The notes: generated by a model from the letters alone, not told the origin. A stretch of 63,862 nt of DNA, filler included, from Octopus bimaculoides (GCF_001194135.2; 5 parts of 4 records of this genome joined end to end with filler, not necessarily neighbours in it); one strand, 5' to 3'. Positions 25,250 to 37,800 are shown, numbered from the whole stretch's first letter. Numbers and translations are program-made.

Positions 25250-25778
25250 NNNNNNNNNNNNNNNNNNNNNNNNNNNNNNNNNNNNNNNNNNNNNNNNNNN
25301 NNNNNNNNNNNNNNNNNNNNNNNNNNNNNNNNNNNNNNNNNNNNNNNNNNNNNNNNNNNNNNNNNNNNNNNNNNNNNNNNNNNNNNNNNNNNNNNNNNNN
25401 NNNNNNNNNNNNNNNNNNNNNNNNNNNNNNNNNNNNNNNNNNNNNNNNNNNNNNNNNNNNNNNNNNNNNNNNNNNNNNNNNNNNNNNNNNNNNNNNNNNN
25501 NNNNNNNNNNNNNNNNNNNNNNNNNNNNNNNNNNNNNNNNNNNNNNNNNNNNNNNNNNNNNNNNNNNNNNNNNNNNNNNNNNNNNNNNNNNNNNNNNNNN
25601 NNNNNNNNNNNNNNNNNNNNNNNNNNNNNNNNNNNNNNNNNNNNNNNNNNNNNNNNNNNNNNNNNNNNNNNCTTTACTGATAATGGTTTTTTACATACCA
25701 AACTACTTGGTAAAAATTATTGATTATTAATTTATTAATAAATTAATAATCCTTTACCCTATATATATATATATATAT

Positions 25779-25789
<11 letters not shown>

Positions 25790-25811
<22 letters not shown>

Positions 25812-25980
25812 TTTTAACGTCTGCTTTCCATGCTAGCATGGGTTGGACGATTTGACCGAGGACTGGTGAACCGGATGGCTACACCAGGCTCCAATCTGAT
25901 TTGGCAAAGTTTCTACAGCTGGATGCCCTTCCTAATGCCAACCACTCCGAGAGTGTAGTGGGTGCTTTTACATGCCATGC
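25790..25980 (-). mobile_element. SINE-C, followed by a SINE-B head (25980-26050)
   Basis: (cat)n ttttaacgtctgctttccatgctagcatgggttggacg. Confidence 0.85.
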
Positions 25981-26289
25981 AGGTGTGGCTGTGTGGTAAG
26001 AAGCTTACTTCCCAATCACATGGTTCTAGGTTCAGTCCTGCTGTGTGGCAGCTTAGTGACCCCTGCCTCAGTTTAGTAACCTCTGTCCTAGAGTAATGTC
26101 CTAACTAGGTCTGGCATCACTCACTTCCAGTAATGTGTTATACCATCCCAACTGAACCTGTTGTACCTGCCCATTGTTGAAAACATGTCAATCCTCCACA
26201 CAGCCATAGCGTTTTCTGAACCAAAGTTGCCAGTTTGTTGATGATTGCTGTAGCAACTACTGCTGTCCATGAGAAACAGCAGGAAAAAA

Positions 26290-26990
26290 ACTTGTGTGCA
26301 CAGTATTGGATGCCTGTTGACTTTAATGAGTTCAGCAGCTGCCCCAAATTGTCATCAAAGTACTACCTTCCTCTGCAACATGACATTATCGCAAAAACAA
26401 TATACAATGCCATCTGGAAAAAGACTGTTCCGGAATAAATATAGAGAATCCCCCTGTTATTGAATATGTACACAAATACCAGCACAAGGAATACTCGTGG
26501 AATATTCACATTAAAATATCTGTCAAGTGTAAGCATACAAGGCCGGATATTTTCTGGGACAGACAAAAATGTATAAATTGTCATTGAGGTCAACTGTCCT
26601 GCTGATGTGAATATAGCTTCGAAAAGCAAAGAGAAAGAAGATAACTATGGACAACTGCTTTGAAACATCCAGATTCTGTATTCAGATTAGCAATGCAATT
26701 TACATTTATACCAATAATAATTGGCACACTTGGTTTTGTAAGTAAATGCCTAACTGTCAGTCTGGATAAGCTTGGATTTTCAGAGAAATAAATCAACCAA
26801 ATGATTCGCACATTACAAATACAATCTATAAGCAGAGCAGTAAAACTTCACATGACTTTTCTCAGGTTTAAAATGTGACATTGTTTTCATTATCTACATT
26901 CCAATGATGGTGCTTTGTATCTCTGTTAGAAACCAGCGCCTTCTACAGAGGAAGAATTTAAATGATGAAAAACAGAAAAGAAACATACAC
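26290..26990 (+). mobile_element. RLE-type LINE 3' end (CCHC plus PD-(D/E)xK endonuclease), decayed
   Basis: SSCPKLSSKYYLPLQHDIIAKTIYNAI...RPDIFWD...VIEVNCPADVNIASKSKEKEDNYG...FIPIIIGTLGFVSKCL...LQIQSISRAVK. Followed by (ACAT)n. Confidence 0.88.
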
Positions 26991-27064
26991 ACATACACAC
27001 ACTCACATGCATACATACATACATACATACATGCATGCATACATACATACATACATACATACAT

Positions 27065-27450
27065 ATCCTTTAGTGGCTGACGATATGTGCATCTCTGATC
27101 ACGAGCAGAAGTAGTGGGGGAGCATCATATCCATGTGTTGAGAGGAATTCTTTGGGGTTTGGATAATTCCCCTTTAGAAATGTGGGTGTTTCATTCAATA
27201 TTCTCAAACAACCCTTATTCAGGGACCTTTTGAATGGGATGGGCTACTTGACTGGAAGAAAAGTCTAACTGGGCCCCACCTACAAGGTCATGCATTATTT
27301 ATCTTGATATGAGATCACTGTGTCTTGCACACATGCTTGTGATGCATGTGCCTGGTGTACCCTTATCAGATGGGTAGTCATGATGGGTATACTGAACCTC
27401 GTATATTTTATCCCAGTGTCACTTTGATGGCATGCACTGCTCTCTCACTC

Positions 27451-27480
<30 letters not shown>
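27065..27480 (+). mobile_element. Family D copy, 5'-truncated
   Basis: Colinear with 23640-24040, with (AAT)n tail. Confidence 0.85.
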
Positions 27481-27486
<6 letters not shown>

Positions 27487-27967
27487 TGGTTTCTAATTTA
27501 AATGCAAAGTCAGCAATTTTGAGAGGCGAAGGAGTTGTCGATACCATTGACTTCAGTATTTTGATTAGTATTTTATTTTATCAACCTCAAAAGGAACAAA
27601 AGACAAAGTTGAGCAAGTTTTTGTGATGCTTTTGTTATGGAGTTAAATCTACTTCAAGTAATATAAACAGAACAAATAAATATATCTGGGTTAGATTATT
27701 TGATGATAATATCTAGTGTAAATAAGGAAGGAAAATAAGATTTTTTTATCTTTTTCAATTAAGTTTTCATTGTAACCACAATCTCCGCTGACCTTCAGAT
27801 GTGATACCTTCTTTATAAGTTCTGTTGGTTCCCAGGGCTAGCACTTTGCCTTAAGAAAACAATGTAGTGAGTGCTTAGGAAAAGTGCTGGGAAAAGAGAA
27901 AGAAAAAATATGTAATAAATATGTGTGATTGTGAATACAAATGGCCAAAAAGGTGTCCCTTGAAAGT

Positions 27968-28019
<52 letters not shown>

Positions 28020-28169
28020 GCATCATCATTTAAAGTCTACCTTCCATGCTGGCATGGGTTGGATCATCTTTAAACTAATGTTACTTGACAGGGTGCACAG
28101 TTTGGAGAATTATGGAGTCTCTCTAGGTAAAGCCAGTACTCTGCATTGAGTCACAGCGCCAGTCCTCAG

Positions 28170-28300
28170 ACATGTGATTAGAATGCTACAGGAATGGATC
28201 TCAAGACAAATTCTTTGAGCCAAGCCAACTGGTGGGAGACCTAGAGGTAGACCACAAATGGGACAATTGGATTGCATTCAATCTCAACTGGTCACATTTG
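28170..28300 (+). mobile_element. RTE LINE ORF C-terminal fragment
   Basis: HVIRMLQEWISRQIL*AKPTGGRPRGRPQ. Confidence 0.65.
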
Positions 28301-28318
28301 AGAAACGAGCAGGAAAGT

Positions 28319-28512
28319 TTAACCCTTTACCATTTAATACTGGCCATATCCAGCCCAAATACTCTGCATGTTTCATGTTGAAGCCAGCCAGATCTGGCCT
28401 CTCACACCTACCCTACAATGTTATTTTAAAACTAAACAACCCCATCATCCAAATATCAATGCTACAAGATAATGCATGATTAATTCAAAACAATGTAAAT
28501 AAATAAGCATTA
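28319..28512 (+). mobile_element. piggyBac-type (TTAA|CCCTTT) MITE, truncated
   Basis: TTAAccctttaccatttaatactggccatatcc...gcatgattaattcaaaacaatg. Confidence 0.65.
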
Positions 28513-28689
28513 TAGGTGCTGGTATGGCTGTGTGGTAAGAAGTTTGCATCCCAACCACATTGTTCTGGGTTCAGTCTCACTGCATGGCACCTTGGATAAG
28601 TGTCTTCTACTATAGCATCAGGCTGACGAAAGCTTTGCGAAAGGATTTGGTAGATGGAAACTGAAAGAAGCTCATCGTATATTATTATG

Positions 28690-28990
28690 ATGTGAATCAT
28701 TCTCATCCACTTGTAAGTTATTGTTGGCACTGTAATATTCGTGTCACCACTGTTATGTTGTGGCAGTATTCCGCGTCTTATTAACTTTGACTTGTCTTTT
28801 GTGCTATTGCTGATAGCTCCACAAGACAATGACTCAAAATGTCTACCTTGATGTAACTCGAACTCGTATATATCATGTAACTGACATTGACTCCAGCTGA
28901 GAACTTGTACAACTCTACCACTACTGACCTCCTGCAATGACTGACGGTTTGACTTTGTCACATGGGAAGAGGAGTACCAAATTCACTACA
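28690..28990 (-). mobile_element. Gypsy LTR plus PBS plus short leader, same family as 18840-19130
   Basis: Reverse complement aligns with 18840-19130 (TGTAGTGAA...CATAACA gTGGtgacacgaatattac). Confidence 0.8.
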
Positions 28991-28999
28991 ATGTGTGTG

Positions 29000-29117
29000 T
29001 GTGGAGAGGTAGGCCCTGGGAAAACATGGGATGAGGTGGCAAAGCATGATCTTCAGACTCTGGGCCTCATAGAGGCAATGACTAGTGACTGAGACCTTTG
29101 GCGATATACTGTGCTTC
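29000..29117 (+). mobile_element. RTE LINE ORF C-terminal fragment
   Basis: RGRPGKTWDEVAKHDLQTLGLIEAMTSD*DLWRYTVL. Confidence 0.75.
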
Positions 29118-29469
29118 TGTCAATGAAGAATTACTGCAATTGTTTGAACAATGTTTTTGCCAGAGCAGAAAATTTGAATTATCATTGAATCATTATTAGT
29201 TGAACTATTGATACCCTATTGCACACTATATGTGTGTGAATCTCTTTGTATCTGTGTTTGTTTGTCCCTCCCCCATTACTACTTGACAAATGGTGTTGAT
29301 GTGTTTAGGTCCCTGTAACTTAGTGGTTCAGCAAAAGCAACCAATAGAATAAGTGCTAGGCTTTAAAAAAGTCCTGGGGTCAATTTGTTCAACTAAAAGC
29401 CTTTAAGGTTGTGTTCCAGTATGGCCACAGTCAAATGACTGAAACAAGTAAAAGAATAAAAGACTATTT

Positions 29470-29895
29470 TGGTATAAGGCTTAAGGGTGGGGGTAAGTTG
29501 ATTACATCGATCCCAGTGTTCAACAGGTACTTATTTTATTGATCCAAAAAGGGTGAAAGGTAAAGTCAACCTTGGTGGAATTTGAACTCAGAGTGTAATA
29601 ACAGACGAATTGCTGTAATGAATTTTGTCCAGCATGCGAACAATTCTGCTAATTCACCGCTTTACTCCTCTTGTAATATACTGGTTTCAAATTTTGGCTC
29701 AAGGCCAACATTTTGGTGGGAGAGGCTAAGTTAATTATGTCATTCCCAGTGCTCAACTGGTACTTACTTTATTGACCTCAAAAGGATGATAAAACAAAGA
29801 TGACCCCAGTGGAATTTGAACTCAGAACCAGAAGATGAACAAAATGCTGCTAAGCATTTTGCTCGGTGCAGTAACGATTCTGCTAGTTCACTGCT
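29470..29895 (-). mobile_element. Two tandem SINE-A copies
   Basis: Match to the SINE-A unit, CpG-depleted. Confidence 0.85.
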
Positions 29896-30269
29896 TTATT
29901 GCACACTATAAATTACAAGCAACTGTTCTTGGCTGTATTTAAAATTATTCATAACAAGAGGAGGCATTCATTTTAATGCTAGCAGAGGGTGCTGAATACT
30001 CTGCTATTGGTACTGTCTGCTGCACCACCACCACTCCATTCAAGGTTCCACAATATACCTATCATATCACACTTACTATGTCTCATTCCACACTGCCCAC
30101 TCATAATTTTTTCTTCTCTCTCCTCCAGTACAACGTCAACCTTCTGGTATTTCTGTACCTACACATGATTTTTTTTTTCTTATAGACATTGACTCATAGT
30201 TATCCAAAGTGAATATAAACCTGTCTTCTTTTTTAGCATTTATCCTGCTTTTTATTTCATTTTTTTGTC

Positions 30270-30450
30270 TTTTATTTGTTTTAGTCATTGCACTGTGGCC
30301 ATGCTTGGGCAATACCTTGTAGTGTTTAGTTGAAAAAAATCGATCCCAATACCTGTTTTAAAGCTTGGTACTTATTCTAACCATTCTCTTTTGCTGAACT
30401 GCTAAGTTAAAGGGATGTAAACAAACCACTACCTGTTGGCAAGCAACACA
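30270..30450 (-). mobile_element. SINE-B 3' half
   Basis: cactgtggccatgcttgggc...gctgaactgctaagttaaagggatgtaaacaaacca. Confidence 0.7.
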
Positions 30451-30455
30451 CATGC

Positions 30456-30498
<43 letters not shown>

Positions 30499-31065
30499 NN
30501 NNNNNNNNGGTTTCACCAGTCCTCAGTCAAATCGTCCAACCCATGCTAGCATGGAAAGCGGACGTTAAACGATGATGATGATGATGATATATATATATAA
30601 AACAACATGAATAAGAATGGAGAAAATCACATTTATTATTACCTGGATTTACTAATTCCTTTTACCTCTTGTTTTACACACGCACACACACATGCATGCT
30701 TTTCTGAGAATTTCTGCATCCTTCTTCCTTTTCTTCTTCTCTGGACTTTTTCCTCTTTCCAACAAAGAACCAGGAACTCAGTGCATCATTCCCACTCCTA
30801 TTTTTCACTTCATTGGATGTCAATCCAATATATTCACTGTGTACATCTAATAGACTTTTGATTTGGCCATCCATGCATCCATGCATCCATCCATGCATCC
30901 ATCTATCTATGACAGTCACCATATTTTATTCCATAGCAGCTACCTCTGATGAGTGCAGGTTTACGTAATTGGACTGTTACCTAAAACTCCACCGAACCGC
31001 CAGTGTGAAACAGATTGGTAAGATCAGCTGTAATGGATACATGATATTGAACACTTCGATTAATG

Positions 31066-31094
<29 letters not shown>

Positions 31095-31096
<2 letters not shown>

Positions 31097-31312
31097 TAAT
31101 CGAGATACAGCACGGAATTTTGTCAGTGATCAGATCCCGGTCTCAAAGTGATGAAAATATTTCGGCAAATTAAATTTAAATGTTGAAGTGAATCTAATGG
31201 CTTTTGTGTGTTTTTTTAAATAGCTTATAAACACCTTCCACACTGCAATTGTTTTTGTTTCAGCACACGATCTCAGATCGGGTCACTTGCTATGCAAGTA
31301 CATCTCCGTTAT
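31095..31312. repeat. Unclassified interspersed-repeat-like segment between (TA)n runs
   Basis: cgagatacagcacggaatt...gatctcagatcgggtcacttgctatgcaagtacatctccgtta. Recalled as an octopus repeat, and single-copy in this window. Confidence 0.35.
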
Positions 31313-31599
31313 ATATATGTATGTATGTATGTACACATATATATANNNNNNNNNNNNNNNNNNNNNNNNNNNNNNNNNNNNNNNNNNNNNNNNNNNNNNN
31401 NNNNNNNNNNNNNNNNNNNNNNNNNNNNNNNNNNNNNNNNNNNNNNNNNNNNNNNNNNNNNNNNNNNNNNNNNNNNNNNNNNNNNNNNNNNNNNNNNNNN
31501 NNNNNNNNNNNNNNNNNNNNNNNNNNNNNNNNNNNNNNNNNNNNNNNNNNNNNNNNNNNNNNNNNNNNNNNNNNNNNNNNNNNNNNNATATATATGTAC

Positions 31600-31661
<62 letters not shown>

Positions 31662-31978
31662 CTGAACTTGAAACCATGTGGTTGCAAAGTGAGCTTCTAA
31701 ACCACACAGCCTATTGATGCAACACAGATGTTGTGTTAATCAACAAATAACTCTGTCTTAAAGTGAAGTCCTATCACCATTATGCAGGTTATGAAGGACT
31801 CATTTCTTACCAAGATAGAATTCAATCTAAGATTGGAAAGAGCTGGAAAGATTCTGACTTGACTAAACCATTAAAAAATATAAATAAATTGCTTCTATTC
31901 CAAGTATAGTTAGTCTCATTCTGGAAATGACATATTACCATTTTCATGATAACAGGTACCCACATACACACACACACA

Positions 31979-32014
<36 letters not shown>

Positions 32015-32333
32015 TATGTATGTATGTATGTGTGTATAAAAAAAACAGACAAATGCAAAACAAAAAGTAATAATATTTATGGAATAGATAAAGAATGTTT
32101 TCTACTCTTCAGATATGTTTGCCCAGAAGGAATTAAACCCATTTGTAAGCAGCAAATATCCAATTTTGGATACATATTCAGTAGACCCAAAGCATCAAAA
32201 TTTGCATTGCAATCTTGTAACCATATTTATAGCTGTGTATGTATGTAAGTCTACACAATTATGTGTGTATGAATACACACATACACATATATGTGTGTGT
32301 GTGTTTGTGTGTATTTATATGCATGTGTATCAT

Positions 32334-32370
<37 letters not shown>

Positions 32371-32730
32371 CACACACATATACACATATATGTATATGTA
32401 TATATGTATGTATAATTGTTTTTGTATGGTATAAATCAAAGCAGATAAAACTATAAATAATAAGATATAGATTTTGGGTTAAAAAAACCCTTTGGATTGA
32501 AAAATTTGAAGGCTGCCCACAGGTCATTCAGGTTTACATTCCATGGATAACCTTCAACTTTTTCTATTCAAAAGGAATTTTCAACCCAGTGGTTACACAC
32601 TATTAATTATAGCTTTATCTGCTTCGAGTTATAGCATTCCTTACAAGAATTATCTCATGTTCTCCCAGAGTTACTTTATTCTTATCACATCAGCCTTAGC
32701 ACCTTATAATACTTGTTAAAATCCTCTCAC

Positions 32731-32807
<77 letters not shown>

Positions 32808-33499
32808 AATAAAATAGGAGATGGAATGTGTAATAGACTTTATGGGTACAACACTTGTTCCGAACCGTTCTGGGTCTCTTTGGGTACATCAATAAAAAGT
32901 CTCACTAGAGATTTCTTGAGTTGGCTTATGTACCGCTACATGTCCATCAAATTTGAGAATGAGTAAAAACAGAGAAAAGTTATTGAAACGCAAAAATATC
33001 AAATATGAATGTGGAAAGTATACATTCTAGTTTAGAGAAAATGACATAATGAGCTTTCACTGTTGTAACTGTTAAGAGAAAGAAAAGAAAAGGAAGTAGA
33101 AGTTGAAAGGAAGATAATACTTAGACGAAAATTCTTTTTTTATTCGTGCTTAGATGCATATTCAAATACATATTTATTTAAGCTGAAATATAGCTGTTTT
33201 ATTGTAAACCAAAACTGTCCTCAAATACCCCTTGCACCTTTATAGATTACTAGTCACTCCATGGAAAGTAGACACTGTAGGTAAACCACATGTTTTTCAT
33301 GTTATGTTTTTCTCTATGTAAATCCAGAAAAGAAAGATCATCCTGGCCAGTTTCAGTATTTTTCACTGCTTCATCAGAAATCAATCACTTGTTTTTCATG
33401 ACTATAATTCTAAGGGATTACCCTTAGAATTATAGTCATGAATGACCATAGTCATGAACCTTTCAGTCATGAATGACCATAAGATTGCACCAAGAAAGT

Positions 33500-33778
33500 C
33501 CCCCACCAAGGCAAAGTCCCGGCAAGGTTGTTTATGGAAGACTAGCAGTTGCCCATGCATATCAGCCTCCCTTCTCCATGCTACTGATGTTAGCTAAGGA
33601 AAAGTTGAAGGCTGATACAGCTTGGTACTTGTGACTTTGCAACTCATTTCTACAGCAAGTGAACAGTGAAATAAAGAGAAATAAAGTGTCTTGCTCAAGA
33701 ACACAACACAGCTTGGTCTGGGAATCGAATTCACTACCTCATGATTGCGAGCCTGATGCTCTGACCACTGAGCCATGC
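33500..33778 (-). mobile_element. tRNA-derived SINE, family E
   Basis: Minus head gcatggctcagtggtcagagcatcaggctcgcaatcatgaggtagtgaattcgattccc with A/B-box-like motifs. Confidence 0.75.
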
Positions 33779-33844
33779 ACTTTGACAGACTATAATTAGT
33801 ATATGCTTATTTATAGTATTCATATTTTCTTGACTGTGTCTTAG

Positions 33845-34080
33845 TCTTAGTTCCTCTTGTATAGTTGGACTGTACATTGGGTAGAAAAACATCTCTGATA
33901 AGCATGGCTTTGAGTATGGCTGCCAGCATCTTCCCAGGTGATGCTAAATTGCTTCAGATTTTTTCTGAAGGTTGTACACCATGTCTTCTTGGTTCTTCCT
34001 CTCTTTTTATACCCCTCTGGTGGTACCATTGTATAGCTGTCTTGGGTACTCATCCTTCAGAAATATATGACCTGCATTCT
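33845..34080 (-). mobile_element. RTE LINE 3' end with (CTAAGA) tail
   Basis: TMVPPEGYKKRGRTKKTWCTTFRKNLKQFSITWE (RGRPKxTW motif). Confidence 0.7.
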
Positions 34081-34508
34081 TGCTCTTCTTTTCACCACAA
34101 TCTATACATAACATAATTATTTCAAGCATACAAAAACAAAATCAGAACTAAGTTAGCCTGCCCTAATCTGTATATAAGTAGTGTAAACATTGATTACATT
34201 TAGTTAATTAACTAATAAATAAAACTCCTAGATGATTTGGGTTAGTGAAGATGTAAATTAAACTTACGGATGGGTGGTGTTATTAAACTCAAACTGATAA
34301 TGTGGTCAAACATCATGTTCCCATTTGACTTGTTCCTTATATTTCCTATTTTGTTTTAAAATTCATTCGAGTATACTATAAATAGTTTTAAGCATATATT
34401 TGTGGTTGAGAAAATAAATAATTGATCTCTGATGAAATACAGGCCAGCCACAGAAAACATGCATGTCACTCTTCTTCGTGTGGATTCAGATGGAGAGAAA
34501 AACATATA

Positions 34509-34646
34509 TGAGGGGTTACTGTAAAGTTCCTGAACCGGAAGTGGTCCTGCAGATTTTCTAAGCCCTGTAAAAGAACTTGGAAGGTTGGGGCTCCAGCCAA
34601 ACCTTTCGCTATACCCTTAAAGTCAAAAACTTTTCAGCACCCTCTC
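34509..34646. mobile_element. Mariner-type MITE (138 bp) with TA TSD
   Basis: TA|tgaggggttactgtaaagtt ... aacttttcagcacctctcg|TA, imperfect TIRs. Confidence 0.75.
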
Positions 34647-34749
34647 GTATATAAACATTGATTACCCAGAGCCTTTGGCTCAGACGTCTTTCTGGATTAC
34701 TGGTTTTTCCAAACCAGGGGTGGTCACCTTGGTCAACAGGCACTAAATT

Positions 34750-35320
34750 AAACAAGTGTGGCTGTGTGATAAGAAGCTTCCTTCCCAACCACACGATTCC
34801 GAGATCAGTCCTGTTGCATGGAACTTTGGGCAAGTGTCTTGGGCTGACCAAAGCCTTGTAAGTGGATTTGGTAGATGGAAACTAAAAGAAGCCCATTGTA
34901 TATCATCATCATCATCATTATCATCATCATCATCATCATCATCATCATTTAACGTCCGCCTTCCATGCTAGCATGGGTTGGACGATTTGACTGAGGAGAG
35001 GACTGGCGAACCAGATGGCTACACCAGGCTCCAATTTGATCTGGCAGAGTTTCTACAGTTGGATGCCCTTCCTAATGCCAACCACTCCGAGAGTGTAGGC
35101 CAACCACTATCTATGTGTGTACCTTTTTGTCTGTGTTTGTCCCCCAGTAAGGCTTGACAACTGGTGTTGGTATGTTTACATCCCCATAACTTAGCAGTTT
35201 GGCAAAAGAAGCAATAAAATAAGTACAAGGCTAACAACCAGTACTAAGGTCAATTTATTTGGCTAAAAGTTCTTCCAAGCATTGCTCCAGCATGGCTGCA
35301 GTCTAATGACTGAAGTATTT
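34750..35320 (+). mobile_element. SINE-B with a SINE-C (34905-35097, minus) nested in its central microsatellite
   Basis: SINE-B 5' half to 34905, then SINE-C, then SINE-B 3' half 35100-35320. Confidence 0.8.
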
Positions 35321-35384
35321 CTCTAAATCATGGATGCTGTGCTGGTTTTTGATTTAATAAATCTTTGTCTGTATCTTTTACCTT

Positions 35385-35585
35385 TTACTTGTTTCAGGCA
35401 TTAGACTGTGGCCATGCTGGAGCACTGCTTTGGAGAATTTTAGTTGAACTAATCGGCCCCAGCACTTATTATTATTTTTTTAAAGCCTGGTACTTATTTC
35501 ATAGGTCTCTTTTGCTGAATTGCTAAGTTACTGGGATGTAAGCACACCAACACTAGTTGTTAAGAGGGGGTGAGGAACAAACACA
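35385..35585 (-). mobile_element. SINE-B 3' half, tail-to-tail with the preceding copy
   Basis: ttttacttgtttcaggcattagactgtggccatgctggagcac. Confidence 0.8.
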
Positions 35586-35636
35586 AAGACTCACACACGC
35601 ACATGTACACACACACAAACGCACACAATGCACACA

Positions 35637-35759
35637 CCACTAGTGTTGCTAGGGGTGGTCCACCCCGGGCAGCACTTTTAAAGGGCATCACTTTTGTGTC
35701 TGCTTTAGGCAATATTTTTGTGGGATCCAGGGGGTGACACACTGAAGCTATGCTAGTGG
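35637..35759. mobile_element. Small MITE (123 bp) inside (CA)n
   Basis: Imperfect TIR CCACTAGtgTtGCT / AGCtAtgCTAGTGG. Confidence 0.55.
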
Positions 35760-37471
35760 CACATACACGCACGCACGCACGCTCGCACGCGCNNNNNNNN
35801 NNNNNNNNNNNNNNNNNNNNNNNNNNNNNNNNNNNNNNNNNNNNNNNNNNNNNNNNNNNNNNNNNNNNNNNNNNNNNNNNNNNNNNNNNNNNNNNNNNNN
35901 NNNNNNNNNNNNNNNNNNNNNNNNNNNNNNNNNNNNNNNNNNNNNNNNNNNNNNNNNNNNNNNNNNNNNNNNNNNNNNNNNNNNNNNNNNNNNNNNNNNN
36001 NNNNNNNNNNNNNNNNNNNNNNNNNNNNNNNNNNNNNNNNNNNNNNNNNNNNNNNNNNNNNNNNNNNNNNNNNNNNNNNNNNNNNNNNNNNNNNNNNNNN
36101 NNNNNNNNNNNNNNNNNNNNNNNNNNNNNNNNNNNNNNNNNNNNNNNNNNNNNNNNNNNNNNNNNNNNNNNNNNNNNNNNNNNNNNNNNNNNNNNNNNNN
36201 NNNNNNNNNNNNNNNNNNNNNNNNNNNNNNNNNNNNNNNNNNNNNNNNNNNNNNNNNNNNNNNNNNNNNNNNNNNNNNNNNNNNNNNNNNNNNNNNNNNN
36301 NNNNNNNNNNNNNNNNNNNNNNNNNNNNNNNNNNNNNNNNNNNNNNNNNNNNNNNNNNNNNNNNNNNNNNNNNNNNNNNNNNNNNNNNNNNNNNNNNNNN
36401 NNNNNNNNNNNNNNNNNNNNNNNNNNNNNNNNNNNNNNNNNNNNNNNNNNNNNNNNNNNNNNNNNNNNNCGATCATAAGTGTGTTTGCGCTAGTAATTTT
36501 GAACTTCCCTTGTAAAAGAAAAAAAAAAGAGCACTAATATTAAAAAAAAAAATTACGCAAAGTACATCAACAATTTTTCAACATTTTCGGCAAAGGAATG
36601 AATGAAAACTTTGAAGATGTTGAGGAATATAATGATGTTGGTGACACCCACAATGATGACTGTTAATAGTCGAAGCGGCACAGTTCATCCTTAATTAACA
36701 TCCTGGGAATGAAGAAGAAGAAAAAAAAAAAAAAAGAGAGAGAATGAACTTGAACACTCGGTGGACATATTGGAGTTGATTAATCACTGATTGTTTTACT
36801 TATAGTTTTAACTCTTTATACAAAATACACCGACAATTTTTTCATTGTCTATGTTAAGTGCACCAGTAATTATTTTTACTTGAGATGCGAAATTATTTTA
36901 GGTACATTTGAAAGTATTACTTCTTGTTTGACTTTGATGGCAGACTGACGATCGACTTTAAAATTATTTGCACCAGTTCGGCTATAAGTCTGAAAGAAAG
37001 CTACCTAAATATGAGAATTAGCGACCAGCTTAGAACTCAAAAGTCAAGCCTCAACTATGTTCTTAATTCTGAAGAACAAACCAGGGAGGCTGTACTTGAA
37101 ATAAGCTATTGTCACTTAAAATACCGATGACGGAAATTCGATATATACATTTTAGAAGTCAAACCAGTCTTTTAATCACACCGGCATCGTTTGAAAAATA
37201 TCAAAGGTCAAAGGACACAACATTAAACGACTATTCCATCCAGTTTGGTTGTTTTGTTGCAAAATTAAAAAAATTACACAATAACTTTCGTTTAACTTGT
37301 TACTTGAATACAAGTTATTGCATGCAATGTATTGGAAAGTATGAATCTAGTGTCAGAAAATGAGCAGTTAGTGAAAGCTATAGTTAGTTAGTTAACTGTT
37401 CAAGACTGTTGACTAAAGCTTTGTTTTATTTAGATGTACGTCTAATTGTTTTGTCAGAAATCAACACTTTA

Positions 37472-37800
37472 TCTTAATATATAAATCTGAAATTGTGTGT
37501 TTGTGTGAAGCCTTTTTGAATGTTTATAGAAATCCACATTTTCCACTTTTTCGTAAAAATTTTTTACATCAATGGAATTTTCTCGCTCTGAGCTTTCCAG
37601 TGCAGTAATTAGATTTTTTAAATTCCGTTTACTTTGTGTGATTTAAGGGAGATTTGACTGTTGTTTCTAGCAACTTTTATATTTCATCCCTGCTACCTGG
37701 AACATCATTCTTACACACGCGCTCAACATAAAAATATAGAGAGTAAGAGTGGGAGAGGGAGAGAGAGAGAAAGTGATACATACAACGTAATAGATTAAAC
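37472..37800 (+). mobile_element. Probable non-autonomous Helitron 5' end
   Basis: A|TCTTAATATATAAAtctgaaattgtgtgtttgtgtg is a typical Helitron 5' TC terminus. Confidence 0.45.

Larger units (their letters stand above)
28515..29462 (+). mobile_element. SINE-B split by nested insertions (5' half 28515-28690, 3' half 29225-29462)
   Basis: Both halves match SINE-B, with LTR and RTE fragments between them. Confidence 0.75.

Noticed and set aside
28622-28645. CTGACGA...GAAA hammerhead-like string
   Set aside because: Chance mutation of the SINE-B consensus (ccgaccaaagccttgtgagt), with no stems II or III
35748-36478. ORFs spanning N-runs (also 25097, 31249, 43490, 49857, 52491, 55134, 61029)
   Set aside because: Artefacts of translating assembly gaps
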